Below, piece after piece: positions 12,435 to 25,847 of a stretch of DNA of 64,000 nt. Where the stretch lies: assembly GCF_018350175.1 (NCBI RefSeq), contig NC_058368.1, positions 138,572,001 through 138,636,000 on the forward strand. Reading direction: 5' to 3'. The translations under genes were made by a program, and so were the position numbers. The notes under the pieces are model-generated. The model was not told where the DNA came from. It made no database searches and saw only the letters and a list, made by a program, of their open reading frames with translations. This DNA comes from Felis catus (Eukaryota). Position 1 is the first letter of the stretch. Every line of letters begins with the position of its first letter.

Positions 12435-15400
12435 GTCGGGTCACGTATGATTTCGCTACCTAACCTTCCACTAGCTTCCCATGGTTCACATTCTCTTCTC
12501 TGTTATGTGTTCAAACCCCAGTAAATTAGGCCTGTCTTAGGCATTGTGTCATGTAACAACACTAGCTAAGGGCAATTTGATTACATCAATTTGCAGCAAA
12601 CTGTATGTTGCTGAAAGTATTTTAACGTGCTTTCAAGTCAGGCTATTGAAGGGAAGAATTAGCATATAGGTCACACCAAACCTTTAGAAAGCCTGGCGTG
12701 TCTATAAAACCCTTCCAAAGGGTTACTCCAGCAAAAATCACCCCAGATGATCTCCGCTGTTTTGACTAGTAGTTGTTAAATCAGGAACAAGTGCCTGCCC
12801 TAAGAACAGCTAAGAGCAAGCCTTAAATTGGCTACCAGTCTGTAAGCTCGGGGTGGCCAAGAGACGTAACGACGGCTAAGTGTCCCAATACAATTCTCTC
12901 TCTGGGAGCATCTGGCCTGAAGAGGCAGAGACAGACAGGGTTGGGGGCGCTTGAGCGTTGGTAGTGGAAGGTGAATAAATACGTGAGGAAACAGAGAGGT
13001 CGTGATAAGCAGAAGGGCCGAGATAAGAAGAGGCATGGCAAAGAGACACCAGAGTAGACCAGAGTCACGAGTAAGCAGAATCCATCACATAAAGAAAAGG
13101 GGAGACAGGTCAGTTGATGGTGTGAAGCGCAGTGGGGAAAGTCGGAAAACGGCTCTAGGGATCAGTGAATGCCAGTTTCAAAAGGACTTACGAGACAAGT
13201 CACTAGAGTTGCCTTCTATCCAAGTTTTTATTCGCGGACATAACTCTCAAATACAAAAGCGGTCTTGCGGAAGAACGAGTTTCCGTTTGATCGGTTGCTA
13301 CAACAGGATGTATTATGACGCTATTTCTAGGAGTCCTTTTAGGTGGAAAGAAAGATTTTGTGGAAAGATTTTGTGTGGCTTTGATACGATGCCGTAGGGG
13401 GTTCTTGCACCCCTGCCTCTCATTGTCGCCATCGCCAGAGCTGAAACCTCCAGAGCCGCGAGTTCCCAGGAAGCAGCTGCTGTGGCCACACAGTCCTGGC
13501 CTGGGAAGACCCCTGCGTCCTCCTGTAGAGGGTCCTTCATCTCTCCCTGTCTGGTTTCCGTAAACCCAGCAAGCATAGGACTGTCACAGAGTAGCCAAGG
13601 GAGGGCCACAGACACCCCCGGACAACTCCTCAAACCCATCCCTCAGTGATAACAGCCAGCAGAACAGAGTTCTGGGAATGGGACCCACACTGGTCCTCCT
13701 TTGTCTCCTCTCTCTTATCTCTACAATTAGAAAGCAGTGGAGGGAAGGCCAGGCGGCCCAGGACAGCAGACCTCCATCGCCGCGGTAAGGTGACGGGTGA
13801 TGTGGTCTCACGTCTCGTAGACAGTCAACTCGATATCGATGTCAAGACACAGCATCACCAGGAGAGTCTGCTGCGGACAGAGTAAGAGAGGGAGACCAAG
13901 AGTCCTGAGATTGTATTCGCTCTGAACTGAGCTCACGTTGATGCCTCAGAATACAGACCAGCTCATCTCCAACAATTTCCCTAGGCAGCATCCCCAGTCA
14001 TCCAGAAAATAGCACTGGCCTCCTACCGGCAGCTTTAGAGCGGTACTCATGGGGTCCAGACTGGAGCAAAGAAGTTCATTGCCTATCCTGAGGTCCACAT
14101 TCCAGTAAGCGCTGGAGAGAACCTGGGTATTCCCCAGAGGACGCCACAGGCAGAAAGTCAACCCATGAGCTGCCTCCCCGTCATAACTAATTGGAGACTC
14201 TGATCTCACACAACTGCGCGGTGCCAGCTTCCTGCTCACTGTGGACCTGGGCATAAAGTAAACAATGGGGCCTCTTTTAATAGTCTCCTGCTGTTTGGCA
14301 GCCACACACGCCTCCTAGAGGGAACCAGCCCCGAAGTCGGAGGACAGCACGGGTTTGTCCGTAAATGCTTCGTTCACGGATAGGCCTCGTTCGTCTAGAC
14401 ACGCTAGTAACGAAACTGGGAAGCCTCACATGAGCAAGAAAAAAGGAGATTCGGAGCAGAACCGGCCCTGTGGGGGTGGGTGCACGCGGGTCCGGGAAGC
14501 AGAAAGTATTCCCCGCTTACCCACCTGCCACGTTCCCGTGAAGAACGCAGCGTAGTGACAACAAAGAGGTGCATCGCGAAATAAAGTAGGGTGGGGCCTG
14601 AAATTACATTCGCAACACATGGGATGAGTAGTGGTGAGGAGACACCAAGGAAGGGCCGGTTAATGTTTTGGGCAAACAGGGTGATTGCCAGGGGCCGTAA
14701 GCGTTGTGTGCCCACAGAGACAGAGAGGGTCCCGATGGCTTCCATACCCCAGCAGCTTTCGTAACATGAGATGTCCTCCCAGGACTGACCGACATTCGTC
14801 ACTATATCCTTTGGCAGTGGTGCTCCCTTTATTAACGTCCTCGGAGGAAATACAAACCCTCTCTCCCGGCTTTGACGGCTCTGGTGGACCCTTTGCCCTG
14901 AGTCGGTCGTGGCAAGGTGGTGCATATCTCGGGTCCTCTTTCACAGTTGTGACCTGAAACTAAAGGCTTAATCCTTGCGGAGCTGAGGAAGGAGAGTCAC
15001 GCCGTGGGTTTGTAACCTTTGTCCAGACCACGAGCCAGAGCATCATGTCCAGGGCCGTGGGGGTGGAGGCACATCAGAGTTGCTCTGAGCAAAGGGCCAC
15101 GGGGCAGTGGGTGTGTTTTCAGCCACCACCAGCTTTGCCTTGGGAATTGAGCTCTGTCCCCTCCCCCTACCTCCTTGGCACTTTCCCTACCCCCCCCCCC
15201 ATGGATTATCTGGCACACCCTCCCTCTGAGGACAGAAACATATCCTACCGAGGCGAGAGGAAATTGAGGGCTCACAGTAGAGATGTTACAACCCCTCAAA
15301 CGACTCTCCCCTAAAGAATTCTAGGCGGGAGGAGTCCATTTTATCCATCTGCCCCAACTCCTGTTTACCGGGGGATTTCCTTCCAGGAGATTTCTGCTGC

Positions 15401-16415
15401 TGGGACATAGAGCTCTGTTTTAGAGAGGAGACCAGCACTTGGAGGTGAGCGCTTGTTCAGGGTGAAGGTCTTAGAGTCAGACAAGTCCCCATGCTGCTGC
15501 TTCTTCCTGGTTACTCGCAGGCCGGCAGATGCTGTTGTTCTGAACCTTTGTATTTAAGGCAACAAAGTGTGTGTGTGTGTGGGTGGGGGGCGGGGGGTGC
15601 TTACAGACTCCGCTGACAGAATGAAGCCCAAACCGTTGTTGAGACCGTTCTCGGCCAGGCACCCTGCCCTGCCACCCTCGCCTCTTACACCCACAGAAAC
15701 TTCTCCCACCACCTGCTCTTTCCTGAGCACCGTCCTGTCTGCCCAACGCATATGACTTGACCAGGCCGTCTCTGACTCATTTTCACTCGGTGATTGCCCC
15801 ATCTGCATTTACGATGAACAACAAAGGGGGATTCTTGGGGAGTTGAGGTGGCAACCTAAAGCAGCTGTTGAAGACCTCGGGGAATAGATGGTTAGGGCGG
15901 TTGGCCTAAGAGAATTAGATTCTCGGTCTAGGAAGAGTGAAAGAGTGAAATGAAGGAGTCAGAGAAGATGAAATGGCTGGGGACGGAAGCATGAGACCGG
16001 ATCTCACGGTGTGAAATCCCTGTAACCCTCTGGCTTGAAAGGAGGAAATGAATCACTTGGGCTTGCCTACCGGGTGATGCACCTAATGTGAAAAATCCTG
16101 ATATTTTCTGGAATGCGCTGTGATTTCCATTACGGCCCACCTTCCTCCATGGGAACCCTGGCGCCTACAGCTTACCACCAACTCACAAGCCTCAGACAGA
16201 CTTCAAAACACAGCAGTAGACCTGAACGAAGCAGGGCCTCTCTTGTCAGACAGTCAGAGTAAACCCTGTAAAAACAAACAAAAACAAACAAACAACCCTC
16301 AACATTTCAATGGTTAGGGTACAACCCTGAAAGTAGTCAAGATCAAATCCTGAATCCTCTGCTGGCACCCAATTATGTTCTGATATCCCAATTTTTGAAA
16401 GGATTTTTAAAAGGA

Positions 16416-16626
16416 TTTTTTTTAACGTTTATTTATTTTTGACACAGAGAGAGACAGAGCATGAATGGGGGAGGGGCAGAGAGAGAGGGAGACACAGAAC
16501 TGGAAGCAGGCTCCAGGCTCTGAGCCGTCAGCCCAGAGCCCGACGCGGGGCTCGAACTCACGGACTGTGAGATCGTGACCTGAGCTGAAGTCGGACGCTT
16601 AACCGACTGAGCCACCCAGGCGCCCC
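16416..16626 (-). mobile_element. Can-SINE
   Basis: Full antisense body; TSD taaaaggattttt. Confidence 0.97.
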
Positions 16627-17574
16627 TAAAAGGATTTTTAAAAGCTCGCAGCTGAATTACTAAGACCCATCTATGTTGAAAAGACCAGGAGCTCAATGTT
16701 AGGGCAACCCATAAGGTGCCTGGTTTCTCCATCCCAGCTCTCCCAGTCCCTGCTTGCTGTAGCCATCGAGAAGATTTCCAGCAGGGGTGAGTAAGCTGAT
16801 GGCCTTGGAAAAAGAGCTAATAGCAACCGACATCCTCATGGACTCTGACAGATATTTTATAGACATGATCTCTAAGGCGTGCTGTGGCCCTCGGGGGTTG
16901 GTATGTCCACCTCAATTTTGCATATAAAGAAGCAGCTTCAAACGGGAATAGTCACGAAGTCTCACAGTAAGTAACAAGGCTCCCTTCCAGTCCCAGGCTG
17001 CAATCCCCGGAAGCAGGCAGTGAGACAAAGATGCACGTCAAAGTGCTTGATGAGGAGAAGTTCCCAGGGAAAACTGGCAAAGTGGGACCAAGAAGGGAAG
17101 GGAAGTGGGCCACCTAAAGGGGCGATTTTAAGGGAAGTCTTGAAAGTGAGCCCTGACACAGTGGTAGAGTGGATCCCAACAGGGGTGAGAGAGCAGACTA
17201 TACCCCCTGCACAGTCGGTTCTTGGCTAAGGACAACCCCCAGGAGGCCATAAACTCGGCGCTCTGTTGGCAAATTGTTGCAGTGGTCCGAAGGGAAGCAA
17301 AGATAAAGAGGGGTTGGCTGCTGGGGAGAAGGCAGACTGAGAGCCAGGTGCTTGCAAATGGCAAAGGGACCCGGGGATGGTGTGGAGCCTGGGCTTCTCT
17401 GCAGGGACATACCCTTGCCACAGTCGTGGTTATAAAGCTGGAGGCCTTCTGTCTCCGTTGGCTGCCAGGTTGGGCCTTGGCTGCAGCCTTTAGTGGGCTG
17501 GGCTGGGTGCTGGGTGGGGCCTGTGACAATGCCGTTTCTACCAAAGCCACGTGGTTACAATGAGCCTCGGTTTT

Positions 17575-17798
17575 GGGGCGCCTGGGTGGCTCGGTCAGTT
17601 AAGCGTCCGACTTCGGCTCAGGTCACGATCTCACGGTCCGTGAGTTCGAGCCCCGCGTCGGGCTCTGTGCTGACAGCTCAGAGCTTGGAGCCCGTTTCAG
17701 ATTCTGTGTCTCCCTCTCTCTGCCCCTCCCCTGTTCATGCTCTGTCTCTCTCTGTCTCAAAAATAAATAAACGTTAAAAAAAATTAAAAAAAAAAAAA
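17575..17798 (+). mobile_element. Can-SINE
   Basis: Full body with A tail; TSD caatgagcctc(g/a)gtttt. Confidence 0.97.
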
Positions 17799-18132
17799 CC
17801 AATGAGCCTCAGTTTTAAACTTCTGCTCATAGCAGAGATAAAATGAGAGAAGGGAAAGATGTCATCATTCCATTTTAAGTTCCCGGACCCAGACTGTCCC
17901 TAATGCACAACAAATTAATATTTTCTAAATCTTCTAATGATCTTGTAAGTAGCACGTATATACTGTGTGGCACTTGTGTGGGGGAACATTTTTTACCTAC
18001 TTTCAGAATCTTATCAACAGATTATGAATAGATTTGAATAGAATGTAGCAATCATTTGAATCATCATAGTGATTCTTATTCTTGAATAGTCATGATTATC
18101 AGTGTTTAAAGTTAAATTATTTTGCTATAAAG

Positions 18133-18313
18133 TTTTTTTTTTTCTTTTTAGTTTATTTATTTATTTTAAGAGAGGGAGAGAGAGAATCCCAAGCAGGTTC
18201 CGCACTGTCAGCGCAGAGCCAGATGCGGGGCTCAAACTCACGGACCGTGTGATCGTGACCTGAGCCGAAACCAAGAGTCGGATGCTTAACCGATTGAGTC
18301 ACCCAGGCACCCC
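18133..18313 (-). mobile_element. Can-SINE, older carnivore subfamily
   Basis: agagaatcccaagcagg...aaaccaagagtcggatgc (older diagnostic positions); degenerate TSD tgct(a/g)taaa(g/a)ttttt. Confidence 0.93.
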
Positions 18314-18421
18314 TGCTGTAAAATTTTTGATAATCTTATATCAGTCAGGTGTGTTTCATTGTGTTTTGGTTGTGTTTGAAAATCAACAAACTGACATTTC
18401 TTATTAAAAGCACCATTTTCT

Positions 18422-18648
18422 GGGGGCGCCTGGGTGGCTCAGTCGGTTAAGCGTCCGACTTCAGCTCAGGTCACGATCTCGCGGTCCGTGAGTTTGAGCC
18501 CCGCGTCGGGCTCTGGGCTGATGGCTCAGAGCCTGGAGCCTGTTTCCGATTCTGTGTCTCCCTCTCTCTCTGACCCTCCCCCGTTCATGCTCTGTCCCTC
18601 TCTGTCTCAAAAATAAATAAACGTTAAAAAAAAAAATTAAAAAAAAAA
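18422..18648 (+). mobile_element. Can-SINE
   Basis: Full body; TSD taaaagcaccattttct. Confidence 0.97.
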
Positions 18649-20834
18649 TAAAAGCACCATTTTCTTAAACATAAATAGAAAAATAGGCCACAATTTTGTT
18701 GGCCTGCTTTGGCATTTTTAGTTGCTAACATTTTGGACACTGTAATGTGAGAGGGAGACTGAGCGTCTCTCAGACCCAGGGTGAGCTACAGAGAAGCAGG
18801 AATGACACATATCCATGGGACAGCCACCTTCCTGGTCAGAGAAGAAAAACCACCAAGACGTCTGTCTCAGAAGGAGCGTGTCCCACATCTGTGCAAATGG
18901 CCACCAGCCACAAGCTCTTCAGGAGCTACCAAGAAGTGTAGGAAGGTAATGTGTTCAGCAAATGTTGGGTGACTGAATGAAAGGGTGAAGCACCCTATAG
19001 ACCCATGGGTTGGGGGCAAGAGTTCTAGATGAAGCAGAGAGGCTTGAATCTGGAGAGGCTAAGCCTGCAGCTGTAGGTTAAAAGCTGCTCCTGTAGTGGC
19101 CTGGAGAGCCTCCAGGCTGGGACCCCCACCCCCGCCCCCAGTGGCACAGCCTGGCTCCGGATCTGAGCAACTCAGTCTTCACAGCTTCCTCGGGTGGTCT
19201 GCCTTGACACCCAGGCTCTGCCTCCAACCTCAGAGGCTAGAGGGCCAGACAGTCTGAGGGTAATGTTAGTGTGCGTTGGACGTTATTTATGCCAATGGAC
19301 TCCAAGCTTTCCCTTAATACTCTATTGTTTTAAAAAATGATTTCAAATATATCCTTAATATCTGCAGAACAGAATTTTGACCTAGGGCTTTCAGTGGTTG
19401 GCTGACGAGGTGATGAATGTGTTATTTTCCCCCAGAGGGTTGTATCAGATTCACTTTTAAGTTCAGTTTCTGGCTCCGCACAAGTCAGTGCCCAACCCCA
19501 CTGCCCTCCCCGCTCCCCACACCCCGAACCGATAACTGTCTCTGCTGCTGGGATCCAGAGATGAGTAAGACCTACTCCCTGCCTTCCAGAAACTTACAGT
19601 CCACTGGGGAAATAGCCCATACATACAAGGCAAGGGTAGAGGGGCTAGGGCAGATGGGTAAACCCAGGGGTTAACAGTAGACCACAGAGGACCCTTGGGC
19701 TAGAGTGCAGTTCACTTCAGTCAGCTTGAAAAAGATTCGGTATCATTATCATCCTAATCACCTAATGTAAGGGAAGTGGAAATTTCCACGTCTGCAGGCA
19801 AAATCTCCTAAGGTGCGGTAGGAATGTCTATTTAGAGCTGAGGCAGGAGCTCTGGCTGGTGTGGGAGACCTCGCCGTCTGCAAGCAGAACTTTCTGCCAG
19901 TCTCCTCAGTGGAAGCAGACCATGAGTCATAGTCTCTGGTGACTGAAGCCTAATGTTAAGCTTGAGGGCCTGGGAGGCGGGAACAGGGGGCCAACATGCG
20001 TCCTGTCCCCGTGTGGAAGCCCTACCCTTTGGTCCTCCGGAAAGAGAACCTTCAGAACAGAGTAAGTCACCAGCTCTTTTCCCCTGTTGGTGAACTGATC
20101 TCTTCGAAGGCTTCTCTTCGTCTTTCTGTCCTCCTCGCCCTCCTCTCTGTGTTCCCCTGCCCCAAAGCTTGTTGTCTCCTGACTTCATGGGTCTGCTGTT
20201 CTACCTTCCGCTCTGTCTCCTCCTTTTGCTGCCTCCTCGCAGCCTCCTCCCCACCCCCTGCCCTACGAGGAAGCATCATCCAGAGCGTCAGAAGCGGCAG
20301 ATGCCAAGATGGCCGAGCCCCACGAGGAACAAGCAGAACTCTTGGGTTGATTCCGGTGTCCGTCCCCCCTCCCCTCTCCGGGAGGAAGTCAGGTCCCTGA
20401 GTGCTGGTGACTCAGCTGGGCGAGCTTAGCATTGCTCTCTCTGTTAAGGCGAGCTGGTAGGCAGTTCAAGGAAAAATGACGAAAAAATGAAGCAGTTCCT
20501 TTACTCAGTTGATTAATCAGGATCCTCTCTCATTTAGACGGTCCTTTCCATTCCCCCGAAATAACGCCCTTTCGTTGTGCTGTGACCTTACTTGCCTCGC
20601 AGAAAGTCCAAACCATGGAGCAAAGAAACGCTGATTAGTGCCTTTATCCGACTGTGGCAAGAGCCGCCGTGTTGCAAGGCGGCCCTGTAGATGAACAGTT
20701 CACGAAGGGGAGTTGCCCCAGTCATATCATCAGCAAGAGTGGGGTACAAACTGTTCAGATTCCTACTCTCCCGCCCCCCTGGTGGGAGAGTAACGAAATG
20801 AGGGCCATTCTGGTTCCGAAAGTCCAGGATGGCA

Positions 20835-20905
20835 CTTAGGAATTTACATTTTCACACACGTCCCTGATGATTCTGAAATACAGTCAGATTTGGGACTCCT
20901 TGCTC
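20835..20905 (+). mobile_element. MER5-like hAT fragment
   Basis: aggaatttacattttcacacacgtccctgatgattctgaaatacagtcagatttgggactccttg resembles the MER5 3' half. Confidence 0.45.
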
Positions 20906-22639
20906 CAGAGAATATAATTGGCTTCTCTTCCCAATCCGGAAATGGGTGCATTTTCCTAAAACTCGTGGACTCTCTGCCTCTCTGGAAGCCTGTGTTTTCC
21001 CTCCAGAGGGAGCATCGGGTTGGCTTCAGCAGGTCTCCCCTGCTGTGCTGCACACACGCTCTGCCTTCCTGAGCTGTTGACAGCCCAGTGTGTGGCTTGC
21101 TGCCCGGCCAGTGGGCAAGTTCTGGCTGCCCCACGGCTCTGCAGTCATCTCTTTAAAATTCATTATCGAAGCGTGCAGAAATGACCATTGGAGGGGCTAT
21201 CATATTTCTCTGCGATGTGCCACTCATCCAAAGGGACCACGTGTGGAAAAAACGTGCCCCTCTGACAGAGATGTTATTTCAGTGAGTTTCCTCTTTCAAA
21301 GGGTTCCCCCTTTATCTGAACTATCAAATTGTTCCTCGTTGCATAAAAGCAGGGCGGCTATTGTGATGGAAATTTATGTACACGGTGTAAATGCTGAGTG
21401 TGTGTGTCCTTTGAAGGAAACTGCTTGGAGACTAACAGGATCAGGTGTGGTCCTGGTCCTTTATTCAGGCGGTGGATTCAAAGGCTGATCTTGAGATGAA
21501 CCCCTCCTCCCTCTTCCTTATTCAGGTTACAAAGGCCACTGAGGAGGAAGCATGTGCCTCTGGCCAGCTGAGCACAGACCAAACCCAGGTCTCCTTACCT
21601 CGTTGGAGCCCAGAGCTCCCGCTTGGTGGTGAGCGTCTGGCTTGCCAATGCTTTGGGGTAATAATCTCCTTCTTCATCTCCTGGGAGAAGTTACTGATTC
21701 TTTTTCAAGTACAACAATGGGTTTTTTTTGGTATTTACTTTTCCCACCCCATAGATGGACTTCTGCCCCCATATACCACATTTCATAAGAGATTAAGCCC
21801 TACTTCTGGGATGCTTGAGATTGAATACCTAAAGTCTGGTCTGTGGGCAGCGCCCTATGAGTCATTCTTGCTTGAGAAAGTTTCTGAGTAGCCACCACAG
21901 GAGACAAAAGAGCATTTCTAAATATGGCAAGAACTTAAAGGTAAAGGTACAGTAGGAATAAAAGTGGTAACGCATGAAGCACAAGTATGTACAGCATATT
22001 AAAGATATTCAATCATACATCACAGCTTCAAGGGGTTTTCGATCCATGTGTCCCTGTTGTCAAAACTTACAATTGGACATATTGCCCAAGTATAGGTCAC
22101 GCTGCCCAATGTCTGTGAGCAAGGGGGAGACATCCATTTTTTTCTCATAAAATGTGACTGGGAAGAAATAAATGGGGGGCCACGGGTTATAGCAAACAAT
22201 GGGCTAGAAATTGGGAGATGAGTTTGCGTCCCGACCTCATCATCACTGTGTCTTTGCACATGGACCTCAACCCTGCATGCACTTTTCAGCGAATGACAAC
22301 AGTGAAAGAAGGCATACCAGCAGGGATTTTAGGGATAGCTTCACCAACTCCCACATTTCATAGATAAAGAAGCTTACCCCCAGAGAAGGTAACTGATATG
22401 ACCCAACAGTCCTTAGCATAGAATGGGCAAAATCCCATGCTTTCTGACTTGTAATCAGTGCTCTTACTTCTTCTCAGTTTTATCACCCACCACATAGAAA
22501 CGTTAATGCTTATCTTACCTTCCTCATAAACGTCTTAGAAAAATCAGCTGAGATGATATGTGGTTTGGATTGAATTATCTCTAGTGTAAAAGGGTATTTG
22601 CAGATCCTGTATTGGTTCTTTTCCAGTTTTCCTTATCAC

Positions 22640-23255
22640 AACGGAATAGCCTCACTCTCCATCCTGTTGCACAAGATAAGAGCCTTGAGACTTCCCTCTC
22701 TCACACCCCCCCCCCAAATCCAATCCATCACTAACTCCTATTGAGTCTCCTTCTTTTTTTTTTTTTTTTAATTTTTTTCAACGTTTTTTATTTATTTTTG
22801 GGACAGAGAGAGACAGAGCATGAACGGGGGAGGGGAAGAGAGAGAGGGCGACACAGAATCGGAAACAGGCTCCAGGCTCTGAGCCATCAGCCCAGAGCCC
22901 GACGCGGGGCTCGAACTCACGGACCGCGAGATCGTGACCTGGCTGAAGTCGGACGCTTAACCGACTGAGCCACCCAGGCGCCCCTATTGAGTCTCCTTCT
23001 AAAGGCATCTTGAATTCATCTGCTTTGTACCATGTCTGCTTCACCAAACTTATCGAGCTACCACCATCTCTCACTCTGACCAGTGCAGTGGCCTCCTAAT
23101 TGCTCTTCCTTCATCCACTCTTAGTCCCTTAAGTGAATTCTTAACACCACAGCCAAAAGGATCTTTAAATATTCAGTCACGGTCATGACCATCCCTACGG
23201 AAAAGTCTATGCTGACTGCCGTTGCTTTTTAAATAAAATCAAAATCCTTAACCCA
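22640..23255 (+). mobile_element. L2 LINE fragment interrupted by a Can-SINE
   Basis: aaatccaatccatcactaactcctattga|SINE|...ccaccatctctcactctgaccagtgcagtggcctcctaattgctcttcct...aaataaaatcaaaatccttaacc. Confidence 0.75.
22754..22984 (-). mobile_element. Can-SINE, young felid type
   Basis: Full antisense body; TSD tattgagtctccttct. Confidence 0.97.
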
Positions 23256-23299
23256 CTCATAGAGCATGTAAATCCATCAATCTATAGATAGATAAGCAA

Positions 23300-24205
23300 A
23301 TACGATACTTGGCAATAAATTCAACAAAAGAAGTGCAAAACTTATACTCTGAAAATTATTGAAAGAAAATAAAGAAGACCTAAATAAATGGAAAGATACC
23401 TCCTATTCAGGGACCCGGAGACTTAGTATCATTAAAATGGCGATATTCCCCAAATTCATTTACAAATTCAGTGTAATCACTATCAAAATCCCAGTTGGCT
23501 CCTTTACAGAAATTGACAAGTTGACCTTAAAATTCATGTAGAATTTCAGGGGACCTGGATGGAATAGCCAAATAAATCTTGAGAAAGAATGAAGTATGAA
23601 GGCTCACACTGTCTAATTTTAAAACTTATTTCAAAGCTATGGTAAACAAAACAGTGTGGTAATGGCATAAGGATTGGTGTATACATCAGTGGAATAGAAT
23701 AGAGAGTCGGGAAAAATACCTTCACATTTATGGTTCATTGGTTTTTGACAAGAGTGCCAAGAAAATTCAACGAGAAGAAAATAGTCTTTTCAACAAATAG
23801 TGTTGAGAAAACTGGATATTCATATACAAAAAGAATGATGTTAGACCCCTTCTTAATATCATAACCAAAAATTAAAATGAATCATTCACCTAAGTTGAAC
23901 AGCCTAAGCTATAAAACCCTTAGCAGAAAATATTGGAGAAAATCTTTGTGACCTCGAGCTAGGTAAAAGCTTCTTGGACGTGACATTAAAATCGCATTAA
24001 AGTGACATTAAAGTAACAAAAGAAAAAACAAGATAAACTGGACTGTGTCAAAATTTAAAACATTGGTGTTTCAAAGAATACCATCATAAAAATTAAGAGA
24101 AATCCACTAAATGAGAGGAATATTGCAAATCACACTTTTAATAATGGGCATGTGTCTAGACTATATAAAGAACTTGTAATTCAATAATAAAAATAACCAA
24201 ACTTA
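23300..24205 (+). mobile_element. Old L1 (L1M) ORF2 C-terminal fragment, decayed
   Basis: ORF 23359-23541 KENKEDLNKWKDTSYSGTRRLSIIKMAIFPKFIYKFSVITIKIP aligns to L1 ORF2 [44 protein letters not shown]; L1 DNA motifs continue (aaaacagtgtggtaatggcataagga; agtcttttcaacaaatagtg); contains stops. Confidence 0.93.
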
Positions 24206-24279
24206 AAAGGGATTATGAGTAAAGATCAGTTCAGGCAGGGTATAAATCAGTCATCAAACTACAGGATTCCTAGAATAAA

Positions 24280-25025
24280 AGTTGTTCTAGGAATTCAGAG
24301 AAAGGAGTGGTACATGCAGGCTGGAAGAGTGGAGTTTGAGCTCTGTCCTTGGGATTATTAAAAATATGATCTCCAAGTTTTAGGACCTAGTGTGTCCAGT
24401 GAAATTAAAATCACTGAGTTAGGTGTAAAGAGAGAATGATCTGGAATTCTGGGCATAGGCATCTTATCGGAGGATAGTAAGGAAGCCATTGGGGCAGGGC
24501 AGAGTGAGGACGGAAGAGAGACTAAGAGAGTCACAGGAGGGAAGGTTGCAGGTTTAGGCCAATGCACTGGCTTTGATTTTCACTCTGATGAGATGGGGAG
24601 TCAGCAGTTGATTCCAAGCAGAATGATATGCTTCTTCAGTGGGACATCAAGGGCAAAGCAAGGAGATGGTTTAAGAGATTGCATGCAGTAACACAAGGGA
24701 GCGAGAATGATGGCTTGGATCAGGAACTAGCAGTGGAAGTAGTGAGAAGTGGTCGGTTTTCAGACATACTTGCAAGGTAGAGCCATTGAGGTTTGCTGAT
24801 GATTGGAAGGGGGCTGTGCCTGATAGGACTTAAAGACGACTGGAATGTCTTCAGGCAGAGCAAAACCAGGCTGAGAGTTGCCAGTCACTAACATCTGGAG
24901 TAATCTCAATGAGCCGGATTGGAGAAGGGGAGATCTGGAGTTTGATTTTGAACTTGTTAAGATTTGTGATACCCATATAGATACCTCAAAGGAGACGACA
25001 GTGTAGGCAGCTTTGCAAAGAGTGT
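24280..25025 (-). mobile_element. L2 LINE fragment
   Basis: Antisense L2 blocks: tgatggcttggatcaggaactagcagtggaagtagtgagaagtggtcggttttcagacatacttgcaaggtagagcc. Confidence 0.75.
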
Positions 25026-25409
25026 GACCATTTAAAAATGTCTCCCAGGGCAGAAGCTTCCAGAGAGTTAGGAAGTGAGAGTTTACCTGAGGCTTCAGGC
25101 TCCCAGTGACTCCACCCGTGGCCCCACTGCAATTCCCGGAGCCCTGGAGAGGCTGTATCAGAGCACCTTTGCTTTTTACCCCCAGGCTCTTTGTTGTTGG
25201 TTGTTTTGGATTTCTATTTGCTCTGCCCAAGCTGTGCAGATAAGCACCCATCCTAAGACTATTCTTTATCCTTTATGTGGTCATCTTACCTAAAATAGTG
25301 AAGAGATTATTATGCCCAGTGTTGTGCTTCAGGATGTAAGATGTTAGACTAATCCTAGGTTGAATAGCAAATTGTTTAACTGTGGGAGAGTTATCAAAGT
25401 CCAGATCTA

Positions 25410-25618
25410 GGGGCGCCTGGGGGGCTCAGTTGGTTGAGCATCCGACTTTGGCTCAGGTCATGATCTCACGGTTCGTGAGTTCAAGCCCCGTGTTGGACTC
25501 TGTGCTGACAGCTCAGAGCCTGGAGCCTGCTTCGGATTCTATCTTCCTCCCTCTCTCTGCCCCTCCCCCACTTGTGCTCTGTCTCTCAAAAATGAATCAA
25601 CATTAAAAAAAAAAATTA
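25410..25618 (+). mobile_element. Can-SINE (older host element of a nested pair)
   Basis: More diverged body; outer TSD aaagtccagatcta encloses this and the next SINE. Confidence 0.95.
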
Positions 25619-25847
25619 GGGGCGCCTGGGTGGCGCAGTCGGTTAAGCGTCCGACTTCAGCCAGGTCACGATCTCACGGTCCGTGAGTTCGAGCCCTGCG
25701 TCAGGCTCTGGGCTGATGGCTCCGAGCCTGGAGCCTGTTTCTGATTCTGTGTCTCCCTCTCTCTCTGCCCCTCCCCCGTTCATGCTCTGTCTCTCTCTGT
25801 CCCAAAAATAAATAAACGTTGAAAAAAAAAATTAAAAAAAAAATTAA
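25619..25847 (+). mobile_element. Can-SINE, young felid type, inserted in the A tail of the preceding SINE
   Basis: Near-consensus body immediately after aaaaaaaaatta, a motif repeated after it. Confidence 0.96.

Noticed and set aside
13946..14925. Minus-strand ORFs of 119 and 173 aa as an endogenous viral gene or retrocopy
   Set aside because: No RT, integrase, gag or env motifs seen, no flanking LTR pair, no poly-A tail or TSD.
20067..20279. Charged, coiled-coil-like ORF (EEAARRQQKEETERK...)
   Set aside because: Follows from purine-rich low-complexity composition on the minus strand; no homology recognised.
23359..23541. ORF as a functional gene
   Set aside because: Decayed L1 ORF2 fragment bounded by stops.
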